64,000 nucleotides of DNA from Rhina ancylostomus (GCA_030265395.1 JARFYF010000094.1:72675328-72739327), one strand, 5' to 3'; counted from the first letter of the stretch, positions 38,696 to 53,289 are shown. Made by a program: numbers and translations. The notes: a model not told the origin generated them from the sequence alone.

Positions 38696-41600
38696 GTTTT
38701 GAAATGTATTGAATTGGTTGGAGTCTACCTATACTTTGTTAAACCACTTGCATACTGTGGTTGTAGATTGACAAGCAATGGGATTCAGTATTGCAGAGAG
38801 AATTTTAAAAAGACATTAGCCTTCCTGTGAAATGTCCACAGGATATATTCCTGGTTCCACACCCATTTTCTGCCTTCATCAGTATAGCAGGCAATCCTAT
38901 GAGTATGCACATTCTTCCTGCCACAAAGGTTCAGATTTTCTCTTTGGAATGTTTATTTTCTACAGTCGATTTTCTTTCTTGAATACTGTTCATTATACAA
39001 GTTATCATGCTACTATTCAAACTCTTCTTAACTGTGATTGTAGCAAATACATTATGCATGTCTGTTGATTTGTGATCTGGTAAACAGTTTTTCAAATGCA
39101 GCATGTTTCTCTAATTTAGAAAAAAATTGTTGCAACTATTCTTAAGTTATTGGATATATTTCAGAACTATATCTGGTTCAAACTCTACTTATTTCCCAAG
39201 TATTAACTCTTTTTTTTGAGAATTAGCTATCACTGTATATTTGTAGATCCATTAATGAAAAATAAAACTTGGAAGTTATTTTGAAATTTTCCAAGGTCCT
39301 TCCATGATGATTTTTTTTACTGAAGAAAGTTATTTTTGGATTCAATTTATTATTTAAATGATTCAAATAGGAGCTGTTCTTCTCTTGGGTTGAATTCTTT
39401 GAGAGATGGAATAGTGCTGTAAATCTTACTTTTTTTGTGCCTGGATACATAATTAATCTAGTATAAAGTTGAATTTAGCACAAATGATTTAAGTTCATTT
39501 TTGAATTAGATAAATTGCTATTTTTAGATGTAAATGGTTAACTTAGTGATAATCAAGGAGTGCTCTGAAAAATTGAGAACGTAGCAAAATTCCCAAAATA
39601 TTCTGGTGTCAGCCTAGTGTGTTTTGTGCTGAGGGAAAATATGGACATTAATATTAATAAATATGCAAATAAAATAATTTACAACACACCAAGGTTTGGT
39701 TTCTAATCTTTTATTTATGTTCATTTGAACTGTACAAATGCAATTAATATAATCTCTTTGACCTCAAGGTTACTGAAATTATCCACAAAATTTAGATCGT
39801 CTGCTTGTTCTTTTACCTTGCATGGAATTCATGGAACAATTGCTGGATGATACAACCAAATAACTTATAACATCAAATGAAATCAAATATATACTACATG
39901 GTATTTTTTTTTATTAATGTGTGCTCCAAGATGTAAGGCTCTCATGGCCACTTTACTCTTGTGGTTTATGACATTCTTCAGAACCCAGAGATTGTGTTAC
40001 ATCTTTGTGGCAAACTCATGGCCATCTGTTCTGTTTTTCAGTTAGCAAATCTCAAAACACATGTTACATAAATATGGGATACAATAGGTTGAAATGTTTG
40101 GTATAATTTTTATTTAATGAGTGAGACATGGTTTAACTCAGGAGTAATATAACTGATGGTCAGTTCTTCTGCGTTCCTAGCATCTCAGAAAAAGATTGTG
40201 ATTAATTTATAGCATAAAAATTAAATTATGATAAAACATGGTGTCATTTTCTGACAGATGAGTGTCTTGGTTTCAGTTCATTTTTCTCCAAAATGTTACA
40301 TATATGACAAGAAAATATATTATTTCTGCTAAATTCAGAATAAACTTGGATATGAAATGGTTATAGAAATCAAAGCCACGAATAATGACTACACGTATAT
40401 ATGGTAATTCCTGAGAAAATCTTCCTCTTTCTCTTAATTAATACAATATTTTACTTAGTCCGTTTTTTAATCTTATAGATATGCTTTATCCTGTTGTTAT
40501 TACTCAGTGTTCATAAATTGAGTGCTAATCATTTTGTGTCTTTTTATAATTATCAGTTTCTTATGTTTGACCTCTGGTTTATCATGATGTATTTGCCCAC
40601 CTTTCATTTGCAGCTGAATTGACTGATCTATGCAAAAATTACTTTGCTTAAAAAATTCATCATTTTAAACCCAGAAAAATCATTAAATGGGCCCTGATAT
40701 GAAATGGTGGTCAGTGCCTCGTTTATGCAAGTGAAATAGATAACAAAGCCTCTAGTAGACTGGCTAACATGTGCAAGTATATTCGACACTAGAAATGTAC
40801 CATTTGTCAAAATGGTGAAAGCAAAAAAAGAAGCCATCTTGATTTGGTAATAGATTGTAAGAGAATTTAGTCATTTTATGTAGGTAAATATGAGGTTTGG
40901 TGGATGTTTGAGAGCCCTTTGCAGAACGGTCTGCCTTGAAGAAAGCCATCATTGAGCTTTCTCCATTCAGAAAACATAGTCTAAATGTGAATTTTAAAGA
41001 GAACAACTCTAAAATGCCACATCTGTTTTAAAAATAATTCCCAGCTTCACTGCATTGCAAATGACTGGTGCCAACTTATTCTCTAACCAATTGCCTCCCT
41101 GACCTATCCCAGTCACCCCCTTCCACACTTTATCATCCTTGTCCCTTCTCACTCACAGGACCTACCACAAACCAAAATGAAACTTGATTCACCAACGTGA
41201 TGTGAGAGGATGCAAGCATGCAATCACAGATTTCTCATCGGGTGCGCCTAAAGCCACATTCTGACACAAGGATCATTCTAGACTCATAACTGAAACATTA
41301 TTGGAAAAAACGAATACAACAGAATTTTACTGTACTTTGTGTGAGAGGAGAAGACTTGCATTCCATGTGGACCTATTTTATTCTGGACAAATGCTATTTG
41401 TATTGCTCCTATTATATAGAACCGACTGGGCACAGTTTTGGTTTATGCTGTGAAAAGCTGTGTCCTTGGAGTACTGAGTGGCCAAATTGGGGACAAGCTG
41501 GTAAATGCCTAAAATTAACACTACCTGAAGGACAGTCAGTATACCAATAGATTTTATACTGATTGAAAAATAAGCATGTTTTTTAATATCTTGATAGCTT

Positions 41601-42444
41601 TGAAAAGTTGGAGCATATTGTCTGAAATTATGAACTTTTCTTCTACATTATGCCAAATAACCAAATGGTGTTTTATGTTGATTAATTTTGGGGAGAGGTT
41701 GTTCAAGTTTGCAGGAGTGACACTCAATCTGGAAAAGGTCACATTTTGCAAGTGCAATTCCTTAAGTGCTATGCCCAATGATAAGATAATATATTAAGAT
41801 GTATTTCAGTTCATTAGCTTTGGTCAAAGGTCAGATTTGCTTGTTCAATTACTCAGGAATACTGAAGTATATTTTATCCCAATGTGAGTATGTAACAGTG
41901 ACCTAAGCCCATGATCAGCCATAAAAGCTAAAGGCACTGACATCATGTATTACCATTAATAGAACAGTTTTATTTTTTTTTCATCTGCTGTGATTAATAA
42001 TTGATGGTGTAAAATCTAGAAGAACTACCTTTCGAACTTCATATTAAATATTTGTGATCTATAATTTAAATGCATTTTCAACAGAGTCAGCCAAATTCTG
42101 TTATGAAAGTTGAAGAAAGCGTATCAAATCAGAAAATACTGGATTACCTGTAAACGATCTCCTTTAAGAATTTACAGAGCAAATCAGGACCATATTGATA
42201 CCTAATCCAGTGGCTAATTGATTTTAAATAATTGGGTGACCTTGTATAATTTAATTAATTAGTCTGCCACCTTCTAAGGTTGCTAACTCAGATGAGGGGA
42301 ACCATTGGCTAACTGAACATTGGTATAATTTAATAAGTACTTTGATAGTGATGACATATGCAGAGGCGATTCATTCATAGAATTACTTGTGCTGTAGCTT
42401 GCTAGTTAAAATTCCCACATTTTCTGCCCATGATGAAGGGGAGA

Positions 42445-42590
42445 ACATTTGCAGACAATTGGATAGGTACTTGAATGAACAAGGCATAGAGAGACATCGA
42501 ATCAATGCAGGCAAGTGAGATTAGTGTAGATAGGTCTGATAGTCAGGATAGACACAGTGGGCCAGAGGGCCAGTTACTACACTTATAACT
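42445..42590 (+). mobile_element. CR1 3' tail fragment
   Basis: acatttgcagacaattggataggtacttgaatgaacaaggcatagagag...gtgggccagagggcc. Confidence 0.7.
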
Positions 42591-44279
42591 TTATTATACA
42601 TACCAACAGGTGAAATACCAGCAGGGTAAGCTTTTCAGCCAAATTGCAGCTGGATTTAAGAGCAGACTGTGCTTCTGATATTATATAGATCTTGCTGGTG
42701 TTTCTATCACAGAAAAACAGGCTTTTTCTGCTGGCATTTTTATGGTGCTAAAATTGACTTCCTTGTTCTGCTGGTAGAATTATGGTTATTTTTTGTGGTG
42801 TAAACACAAAGAACTGGCTCATGGGGACTGATCATAATCATCCCATGCATGGACTGAATGAACTAAGCATACACAAATTCAAAAAAGTTGTTTTTTTTTC
42901 CCAGAATGCTGGAAAAACAATTTTTAGCTGATCCTGGAATCACCACAGGCAGCAGTCCCACCTTATACCTTAAAACATGGGCACACACTTGGAGTTGCTA
43001 ACAATGTCAGAACTATAACGTAAATGCAGCATTAGTCTGTACAGATGGGGCTTGTGGAAGTTGAAAGCCTCCCCAGTGTACATGTCATGGCCTCATTAAG
43101 CTGACTCAGCCACCTGCTGTGTACATTGTCAACCTCCTGAGGTTGCTTTAGCATCTGGCTGTGACTGTGATCTTAATCTATTGACCTGCTGATTGATCCT
43201 CATTAAGACTAATTTTATGGACAGGCAGGGGAAAGGTGTACAACCATCAGAATTACTGTGGACTGAAAGTTGAACATTAAACACTATGGGCACAATATTT
43301 AGTTCCACAGCATAACAAATGTTTTTGAACTCTATGGGACCTGTTTCCATTCTAAAATGGTGTCCAATCCACTGTGTGTGTTATTTATACAAATTATACT
43401 AGTGCCAGATGCCAATTTGATGAGGACATTCAGTAACATTTAAGCCACCAGGGCAAACCAAGTCAAACCATGACGCAGCTCGTGATTCTAGTGCACAACC
43501 CTCTCACACACAAACAGAATGTATACAGCAAAAGCCATGCAGTTATGCAAAATGCGTAAGAGGAAAGCATTGGCATGCTGAGTCAGCCCTACTGCCTGAA
43601 CCATTGAGAGAGGAGCTCTGCTCTGCAGTGCTTCTGGTCATCTGCTGTATTCCACACAATGCCACAGTCATAACAACACAGCCCTTGCCACCAGCTATAC
43701 AGCAAGTATCCAAGGAGAAAGAGAAAAAAAAGGAAGGGAGTAAGCAACTTGCCAGTCCCTTAATAGCTTTGCTGTCTACGAGCATGGTATCACATTGCAG
43801 CAGCATTAAATAAACCTCAGTCCCCACTCAAGAACTGGTTCACGTTATATCTTCCTTCATTTACTTGCTCTTAATGCACAAATATAAGTCAACACAAAAT
43901 CAAACATTCCAAAATATTTTTATTTTGAAGTATGTCATATTCCAATGAATATCAATTGATTACCCTCATCTTTTCCCCTGATGTCTGTATACCTTTGGCA
44001 GTCTTAGAGCTTCTGTGCAGTGTTACCCAGTGGTTGCAGAATGGCTGTGGAATTATCATGTCTGGGGTTGCAGATGTCCATGGAAGTCAGTGTCAAACAA
44101 GACTGCACCCAAAAAGCCCAGCCTTAGACTGTGCTATCTCAGCATGAGTGGATGGGATCTGGGGTGGCCTCCTGTCATACAACATCAAGGAGACTGTCAG
44201 AGCTATTAGGTTGGAAGGACAAACACTGTTATTGTGATGGAAGTCAGGGGATTTGTGCTCCCAAGTTACACATTTGAAC

Positions 44280-44560
44280 ACTGGTATTTGTAGCTGAGCT
44301 CAGCACATCAATCCAAGCAACTTTGGCTGCTTCTGAGCAGAGTTCTGAGCATCCAATGGGTGACTTCTGCTGGTTCTGCAATGGAAGCTGAGTCACTGGA
44401 CATTACATTCTGGATTACGCTTGGATCTTGAAGTCTGCTAATCCTTGGCACAGTTTTCATGCTGGAAGGAGTGGACTTCAAGTTCTGTAGAAAGCCCTTT
44501 GCCAAGTTGGTGTTGCATTCCTCCATATTATTGAGTATTGCACAAAGGCTGTGTGACATT
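44280..44560 (-). mobile_element. Probable Harbinger-like accessory-ORF relic within a GC-richer decayed element (~43.0-45.1 kb)
   Basis: ORF 44308..44559(-) reads MEECNTNLAKGFLQNLKSTPSSMKTV...DPSVIQNVMSSDSASIAEPAEVT. It resembles coiled-coil segments of repeat-derived shark predicted proteins as I recall them; the family assignment is weak. Confidence 0.3.
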
Positions 44561-46579
44561 CCTAAGCCTTTTACTGTGCATGGGCATTAGCCATTTCCTG
44601 TACACCATCCCATTGAAATGCTTATCATGGTGATCCAGAATTAGTGTGCAACCTTGCCTCCTGGGGAGTTTGTGCATGAATTACTTTTATTCCCCTTCAG
44701 GCTCCTGGATACTCATGCACAATGTCTAGATCCAGGCTCAGAATCACCCTCCGTACTTTGCAATGTCAGTATTCTAGTGCCTGCAGGTATGAAATCAATT
44801 GGCAATGTTTCTTCACTGCCACTGCTTTCTTGCCTTGGAAAGTTGCAGTTTTGGGGTAAGAGAAAGCATAAGTACAAGAAATGGATAAACTTCTGAACTG
44901 GAAGAGATGGTGAGATCAGGAAGTAGCTATGTATATCTTGGTGGTTAGTTGAGGCTTCTCTGCCATATAGCCTTTCTTGAGGCTAGCTCCCTCCCATGTT
45001 GTGATTATATTCTTCTCCAAGTCAGAATAAGTTCCCACATGACTTCTACCACCTGTTTCACTGTTCCTTTAAGTGCTGCAGGTTAGCTTTTATAAATATG
45101 AGCCAACAACATTATTAGCCCTCTGTTGAGGCATACAGACACTCAGCAACACAGTTAATGTTGACTGCACTCTCNNNNNNNNNNTAATTAGTGGACAACA
45201 AGAATTTGTCATCTCCACACCCATTTTCAGAGACCATTGAATTTAGTTACCTCTTAATTCTAATGCAAGAGATAATTCACACAACTGGCTTTGATTGCTG
45301 TTTTCAAAAAGCATTTCAACTCCAGTTAGATCTAGATCTTATTTGCAGGACATGTCTGGAGTTCTTAATCTATAAATTTTTCCCACATGGCTGATAGGTG
45401 CTTTCATTAAATGGACAGTTATTGAACATTTTTGCATTTTTATTTAGGTCAGATTAAAGAGCATTCCCTTTGGGTCAGTTATTCATTTCCTATAAGCAGC
45501 AGTAATGAGTGAACTGATTACTTGGCATTACAACTCTTCCTGTCTCTTTATTTTCTAATATTATTTCCATGCAGTTAGGTTGAGTTCGTTGAGAATCTTT
45601 CAATTTGAATGAATGTAACATTATGGTTGTGCATTTATACTGACCTAACCCAAATGATTTTTTTGCCACAAGCAAAATTTTCCAGAGAAATCAATTATTA
45701 TCTGACGGAAAGTCTGAAATTTAAGAACAATATTTTGTATATGGGCGAGTTTTCCATTATACACAGGGACAAATTTCAACTTCAACTGTGGCTTTTAATT
45801 TACAGTGTCACATCAGCCACTCATTCAGTGAGCTGCCTGATTTTCCTTCAGTGAAACTATTTTTCACTTTAGAAATTAGGCCATTTTTATCATGTTTTGC
45901 CAATCCACATCATTAGGAAATTGTGGCTTGGGGCAGGCAAATATTTAATTTACCAGATGTGTTTTAAATCTCTAATATATGCTATTTTTGACTGTTCTTC
46001 ATACATACCAATTAATATTTTGCTATAATGCAAATGGAGGTTTGCACTTGTCAGTGCTGTTACCTTCTGGGCATTACTCATGCAAATACTGATGTGCAAC
46101 TTTAGCTTGGAAGCTATCAATTGAAATCAGCAAATCAATAGCCTTAATAGCTCTTCATTATTGTACACAGTTGATGCATTTGCATGGCCAAGTCTAATGC
46201 TGTCAGTATTATAGGCAGTTCAGTTCACAACTATTATCTCATCACCACTGAACCATATTCATTACCATTTATTGTATCTTCATTCATGATTAACATCATT
46301 ATTTTACAATGATTTCTTTAAATTAAATTTTGTTTATTGTAGAAAAGATGCCAAAGTATTTAATTATGAGACATTATGCAAAACAGAGATCCAATATAAA
46401 TAATTACCTTAATTTAAATTATTTTAAAAGACAAAGGATGTAAGGACATTTATAAAAGACAAGCCAAATATTAGCTTTTTTCAGAATTCAGAGGGATGCA
46501 AGTAAGTTGCTATTAGAAGGTTCTGATCAACTATGAATTTCCAGATCATGGATATAAGTGAGTTTGTAATGTATCAATA

Positions 46580-46945
46580 TGAGGTTAGGAATTCAAGTCC
46601 ACTTCAGAGACTCAAGCACATAACTCAAGGCTGACAAACTAGTACAGTACCGAGGAAGCAGTCCATTGTTGGGTGTGCTGCTTTTTGAAGATGATGCTAA
46701 ACCGAGGCATCATGGGTTCTCTCAGGTGGACAGAAAAAAATGACATGTAACAAAGAAGTTACTTTTGGGGTTGTTCAGCTTTCAATTAGCATCACTATTG
46801 TGATTATCTGATCACAATCACAGTACTCTTTAAGGAGCTAACTGTGCACAACTTGCTATCATATTTCCTACTCTACAAGAGCAAATACACTCAAAAAGTA
46901 CTTCACCAAGGTAACGAAAGACAGTGTAGAATACCAAGACTTTAT
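46580..46945 (+). mobile_element. Near-complete Deu-domain SINE (SacSINE1/AmnSINE1-like)
   Basis: B-box-like gaattcaagtcc, then ggctgacaaactagtacagtaccgaggaagc, taaaccgaggc...ctctcaggtggac, gattatctgatcacaatcac and tttcctac...caaaaagtacttca. Confidence 0.7.
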
Positions 46946-47999
46946 TTCCAAGATTGCATACAGCATTTTTCTTGGCCTTAAACAAGTTTTTTAAAGTAAT
47001 CTCAACAACGGTGATTTTCCTTCTTTCAATGTTTCAAAGACGAGTTTAATGTCATGCTGTTTGCAGTGCAAGTGAGGAAAGTGGTTTAACTAAGGCAGAA
47101 ATACAATAGCTTCCTGTTCCTGTATAACAGAATTGGAATTCAAATCACAGTCATAACTTGATTGATTGATTGGGCCAAGTCCCCATCTCACTAATTTACA
47201 GCTATTTACCAATATATAAGCATCTTCTGTCGATCTATTTTTAATTCTCTCTCAAGTAGGTGAGTAGTATTCTAGCAGATGGGAATAGGAAGTTCCCGCA
47301 TTACAAAAGTGTTAACCAACTTCGATCGCTGAACACATGTTAAAATAAAGAAATGGAGCAAGTGCCTGGTGTCATGTGAAATTTGTCATAGCAAAATATA
47401 TAACTATGCACAAAGTATTTAAATTTCAGCTGCATTAAATTCTTTTTTGATAAATGTGGTGTGTATTTTCATTCATAGCAAGTTTTTATTGACTCATTTT
47501 GAATTTCTGTTGTTTCTCCTCTTCCACCATATCATTTTGATAGTCTGATGAGGTTAAACTCATGGATAAATGAGATTTAATTTAAGAATGTGATGAGGAA
47601 ATTTATACAACACAAATTATGGGGAATTCAAACAGGTACGAAATCAAAATCTTGGATTTCCTATTTGGATGTTTCTGCCAGAGCTTCGTGAAAAATGGCC
47701 ACTAAACTAATTCAGATTACTGTGGCTGTGTGGATCAAAAACTTCTCAAAAACTGGATTTCAGGAAAACTATCAAAAAGTGACTAACTGCCAAGTGATAA
47801 TTAGAGGCAGCTGTGTGGTGACACAGGATTATTGATTAAAGATGAACAGATGATTTATTTTTGCTTTAGGAAATAGAAGCATCTTGGTAATATCCTGTTC
47901 ATATTTACCATTGTATCTTACGGCTCCAAAAACACTGTATCTTCTTGTTCTTTATTTATGTCTATCAACCAAAATCACACTGCTCTCCAGAGACCAGCT

Positions 48000-49140
48000 T
48001 ACTTCAACACAAGTTGGCATCACCAAATGCAGACACCATGCAGACCACTTACCTTTGAGCAGTGGGATGACCAGTTGGTCTTGCATGGTCTGCCTCCATT
48101 GTAGTCATGGTTCTCCTGGAGTATCCTCATTTTATCCTGTCAGTTCTCGACCTGCCAACTTAAGTACCTAGGTAGTTTGGTGCCATTCAGGTTGTCTTCA
48201 GAGCCCTGCAGAAAGCTGCCCAATTGTTCTGATGATCACTTTACCTAATTGAAAAGGAGTTTACACCTGCCACGTGGCCTTGTGGTTGCAGCTCCTGTGT
48301 GATTCTGACCATGTAGCTTGCACAGTATGACACGCAGAGGATAACTCGTTACTAGTATCTGCTGTTTTCCTTTCTGCTAGACGGGCCTTGGTTCTACGGG
48401 AATGCCTGCGATACTACTTCAGCAAGGACATCTGAGTTTTTGACATTGGTTGAAGGCACACTATGATGATTTAGCATATGTTGAATATTTCAATAACAGA
48501 CAAGTGTACTTACACTGGAGTAGCTGTGCATGAACTAGGCTAACCATGGCTGGTGTATGCCCCCCATTTTCTATCTGTGGTTCTTGAAACTGAGTATGGC
48601 TCTTGAGTCTGTCCTTGGTCAACTCACAAAGAGAAACAAGTGGTATCATTCTCTTGATTCCATTCTTTGCTTGTATTGTGGCAGTACATGGAAATTGTAT
48701 CTTGGTTCAATTTGATCAAAGTTGTTTGGCAGCATAGTAATCAGTCCAACTGGCAAGTTCAGCTGTCAGAGTGTGCTCCATCGTGACAAAGTCTCCTCCG
48801 CTTGGCAGATCATCAGTGCGGATGAAAATTCATGAGTTGAGGTGTGTTTATTGATCATTTGTGCAGGGGTTAGAAAGAAGTAACCTGCCATTGTAAGCTG
48901 TTCCATTGTAGGCAGCAATGCCTGTGTTTCCTTCCAAGTTCAAGTTTTCAATCATTGCTTAGATGATATGGTCCAGCTAGCTGCTGTGAATGAGACCCAC
49001 TTTTGTGATGACCCTGTTATCTGGGTCAGCCTAAAGGCATGTTTGATTCTTCACACTTTACTGTGTGATTGGTGTTTGCAGAGTCGGCAACGTGACCACA
49101 ATATAGCAATATTGTTTGATATCACTGAGTACAAGCAGGA
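48000..49140 (-). mobile_element. RTE-like LINE endonuclease relic
   Basis: The reverse complement contains tgcaaccacaaggccacgtggc (HKATW, typical of the RTE APE domain end) and catcacaaaagtgggtctc (H..GVG-like), in the expected order. Confidence 0.5.
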
Positions 49141-50059
49141 CGTCTTTACGATGTAAAACAAAACCAGAATGTTTACCATATGTCTTATAAATGTTACAAG
49201 GTTGTTTTTGGGAAAGGATGCCAGGAGTGCTATGGGTTGGTTACTTACACAGTATATTGTAATGTAGTTGTTCGATTCTATAATATGTTGCTCAAAAGTG
49301 TTCCCTATATGGCTCACTTAATTCTGTTGTCATGGAATAATTCATTATTTATTTAGAGTTTTCCTTGTACAGTATTGTGTTTAGTTGAAATATCGAGATG
49401 GTGCTCCTAGTTTGATTGTAAGTGGAAATCATGAAGATTTGAACGCATACTTTGAAAACAAAGGCACATTATAGTCATTTACTGTGTGAAAACCTAATCT
49501 CAGTAAACATTGGAGGAATATAACCCTTAATTTTATTCATAATTATCAATATTAAGCAAGTATTATTTTGATGTAGAGGAACAAATTACATTACAGTACT
49601 TAGATTTATGGAAATAAACTTTTAATATTTTTCAATAGGAAACAATTTGTGGAGTTAGAATGTTTTTATTTAACTGTTCATTTAAATTATTCTCATGTGA
49701 CTAAAAAAATTAGAAAAGTTTCAAAAGATGCAAATAGCTGCTTTTTGTCCTGTCGTGTACAAAAATTGTAGTCTTATAAAATGTTTTTTCTTAATTGCCT
49801 GTGGAATAGCTGAAAAACTATTCAAGAGATTCCAAATTTATGCACTTATATAATTAGTAAAATAAATTCACTAAAGCTCTTTCCCAGCGAAGAATCAAGT
49901 GACCTTCATAAATTTCATGTACAGGCATTTTTCATCCTCTTATTCCATATGACCTTGAAGTTACCTGCTTGTGTTTATTGAATCCTGTGCTTTCATTAAA
50001 GACCATGACATTTTTTACTGAATCTAATTCAGTTGTCTTCATCAGGAAAAAATACAAGT

Positions 50060-50690
50060 GTGAACCAATGTGTTTTGGTGGAGATTGCATGCATACAAAT
50101 CTTTGAAAGTGAACAGGTTTGGAAAGCTGTGAATAAGGCGTGGAATCTTTGCTGTATCAATGGAGAATACAAAAGTAATGTTAGATGAAATGTTTATAAA
50201 ATATTAGTTAGGTCTCAGCTGGGCACCATAGGTTCAGAAGGATGCTGTGATCTCTGAGGTAGAATGGAAGATATTGCCACCAGTGTTATTTGTTCTCTGG
50301 AGAAAAGGGAGAAGATACAGTTGTTCTCCTTGAAATCAAAAAAAATTGGATTTGATGGAGGTGTTCAAACTTATAGATGGTTTTGATAGAGAAAATAATG
50401 AGAATATTTTCAGTGGCAGAAAAATTGATAAATAGAAAACACGGGTTTAATAGCNNNNNNNNNNNNNNNNNNNNNNNNNNNNNNNNNNNNNNNNNNNNNN
50501 NNNNNNNNNNNNNNNNNNNNNNNNNNNNNNNNNNNNNNNNNNNNNNNNNNNNNNNNNNNNNNNNNNNNNNNNNNNNNNNNNNNNNNNNNNNNNNNNNNNN
50601 NNNNNNNNNNNNNNNNNNNNNNNNNNNNNNNNNNNNNNNNNNNGCCTGGTGGCACATTCCTACTCCTAACTCCTATTTTCTTGTATTCTT
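50060..50690 (+). mobile_element. Old CR1 C-terminal and 3' relic spanning an N gap
   Basis: tttataaaatattagttaggtctcagctgg, gatttgatggaggtgttcaaacttat, and tail cctactcctaactcctattttcttgt. Confidence 0.6.
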
Positions 50691-51605
50691 GGGGTGAATA
50701 ACAAAAGAGGCAGAGGCAATAATACTATATTTTTATGCAGTGATGTAGCTATGATCTGGATTGCATTGCTTGAAAAGGAGTTGGAAACAGGTTAAACAGA
50801 GATTCTCAAAACTGAATTGCATTTGTACCAAAAAAAAGATCTGTAAGGCTATGAGGAAACAACTGCAAATTGAGACTTTCAAAGAACTGACACTGGCGCC
50901 ATCAAAACCATCTATAAGTTTGAACACCTCTATTAATAATTATTCCAAATTTGGTCAATTGATGAATGTACTCAGTTCATACTATAAACTATACAATTGT
51001 GTAGTGGTTCTGTTATAAAAGCTGTTGTAGAGAATCTCCCAGCAATAATTTTTGTAACGTAGAAGTTATTTTAGATATTTAGTTTAGCTGAAATATCCAT
51101 TATTTTAAAGAGGTATGGATGAAACAGTGCTGCATTTTTCATCATGCTCAAGATTTGATTCTGTTCTGCACTTGGGATGCAGTTTTCCACATTGTTGCAA
51201 TGGCTGTGTGTGCATTAACATGATTGTCAAATGACTTAGGTTCAACAGATCAAGCTGCATCTTATTTTGACAGTAATTTACATTAATCTAGCAGTTTCAC
51301 AGGGTGATTTCAATTATGCACAAGCTTCCCTATTGGCACATACATTTCAGGGTAGTTCTGGAAATGATTTTCCCCAGAAAGTTATGAATGTGAAAACTCA
51401 TAATTTTCACAAATAGTGTAACCTGGTTCATCTTAAGAACTTTATTATTAGTCAGTTTATAATCACAAAAATTCAAGCAAAGTGAGTGACGCTTATTTCT
51501 TCAACTTTAACCAGCAGCCAACCTCTACCCTTTCGCACCTGGTAATCCTGGTTACAATTCCTACCTGCCAGAGTTGTTTGATTTTGAAGAAAACCCTACA
51601 TAATT

Positions 51606-51619
51606 GGGGGGGGGGGGGG
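51606..51619. repeat. Poly-G run (14 G)
   Basis: Read directly from the sequence. Confidence 0.9.
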
Positions 51620-52589
51620 ATTGGTATTGTGGTCTATCATAAGACTGGGAATATCCTGGTTCCAGCCCAGGGCCCATTACCAAAGCAAAACTGCAGCTTC
51701 AGGTCAGAGTTACAGCTAGGATGAGTAATGAGATGCTTATCAAGAAGAGAAGAAAAAAAAGTTCCTGAGAAGGCCTCTTGGGGCAGTAAATCAATTATTC
51801 TGTTGAGAATTCACCAATTTGTTGTCCCAGGAGAAAACAGTGATCCAGATCTGCAAATGCTATATGCCTGGCTACACTCGCATGACTGTATGTAAGAACA
51901 GGTGGTGAAGTTGCCTTCCAAAATTTCTCAGTTGTACAGTTTATGTAAAAAGAGAGAGATAGTTTTAAGCTTCTTGCTTTTATTACAGTTAAAAGTGCAC
52001 ACTTCTGAAAATTTGGGTGTTTCTAAACTAATCTAGGATGTTTCTAAATTTTGGTAGAAGAAATATATCTCTGACTCCAACAAATGGTATGGTTAAATTT
52101 GCAATTTTTACAATACTGAAAACATTTATTTATGACAATGATAAATTGCAGTGCTTCACAAAATAGGTTAATTCCAGGCGATGATATTTGTTTGTTTTGC
52201 TGTGGAGACACTCTCACTACATTCTTAGAACAGATGGTTTATTAATTCTTGTATAGATTTGAATGTGACTCATTATAATTTCAGGAGTAGTGTTTCACTG
52301 TAAGAGTGTGTTGGTTAGTCACATATTTTTGTTTTGTTAACTAAAAAGCTACTGAGAAGAATTACATTAAAAGGGTGCTTTGGGGATTGAATACTAGATT
52401 TTATGGTACTGGAATAGAAAAATATTGCAATGGCTTCAAGGCTGAGTGTTCTAAAGTGTTGGAAATTATTATTTCATTCCATTGCTGAAATTCAAAGTTT
52501 TGAATCATTTAGTAAATTACAGGCTATTTGGAACCAGAATGTGAGCAGAAAAGGAAAGAGACTGAGCAGAGCACCATTTTCAAACATAT

Positions 52590-52945
52590 AGTTTCTTAGG
52601 TGGTTAGAAAGGGTAAATGCTGAGATGTTTCACCTCATGTGACCAGAGTCTGGGACTAGAGGCATAGTCTTGGAAGAAGGGGGCATCCATTTAAGACTGA
52701 AATGTAGAAGAATTTCTTCAAACTGTTGGGAGTCGATGGAATTTGTTGCCCTAGAAAGCTGTGGAGGATGAATCCTTTCATATATTCAAAGCTGAAGTAA
52801 ATATTTAATCATTAAAGGAATCCAGTATTATGGGGAGAGGGTGAGAAAGTGAATTTGAGAAAGTTGGGTTAGTCGTCATCTTATTGAATGGCAGGGCAGG
52901 TTTGAGGGGCTAAATAGCCTACTTCTGTTCCTATTTCTAATGATC
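52590..52945 (+). mobile_element. CR1 3' end relic
   Basis: actagaggcatagtct...tttaagactgaaatgtagaagaatttcttc...gggcaggtttgaggggctaaatagcctacttctgttcctatttct. Confidence 0.75.
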
Positions 52946-53289
52946 TTAATGTTGAACCCTCTTGTTATATTAATGTGATCATTGTAGCATGCATTGTAAT
53001 CTCCTCAAGGTCAAAGTGATATCAGAAATATTAAATCCAAGGTTTACAAAGTCATGTTGCTGAGACAAATAAAATTTAACAACATTTTAACATTTTTTTC
53101 TGTACAAAAATGGTTTCTGAAGCTATAACTTACCAAGTTTCTTCAAGAGTAATTAATATTAATTTATTAACATTTCACCTTTTACTTGAAGCATTAGAAA
53201 ATGGTAAAAAATTCATCTGTGTTTTATAAATAATTGGAAGAAACTAATTGGTATGTTTATTGTCACTTTATTTTCCTTATTTCCTCACA

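Noticed and set aside
51606-51619. Poly-G as a functional G-quadruplex
   Set aside because: It is an isolated homopolymer whose length is unreliable in draft assemblies, and nothing in the context supports a function.
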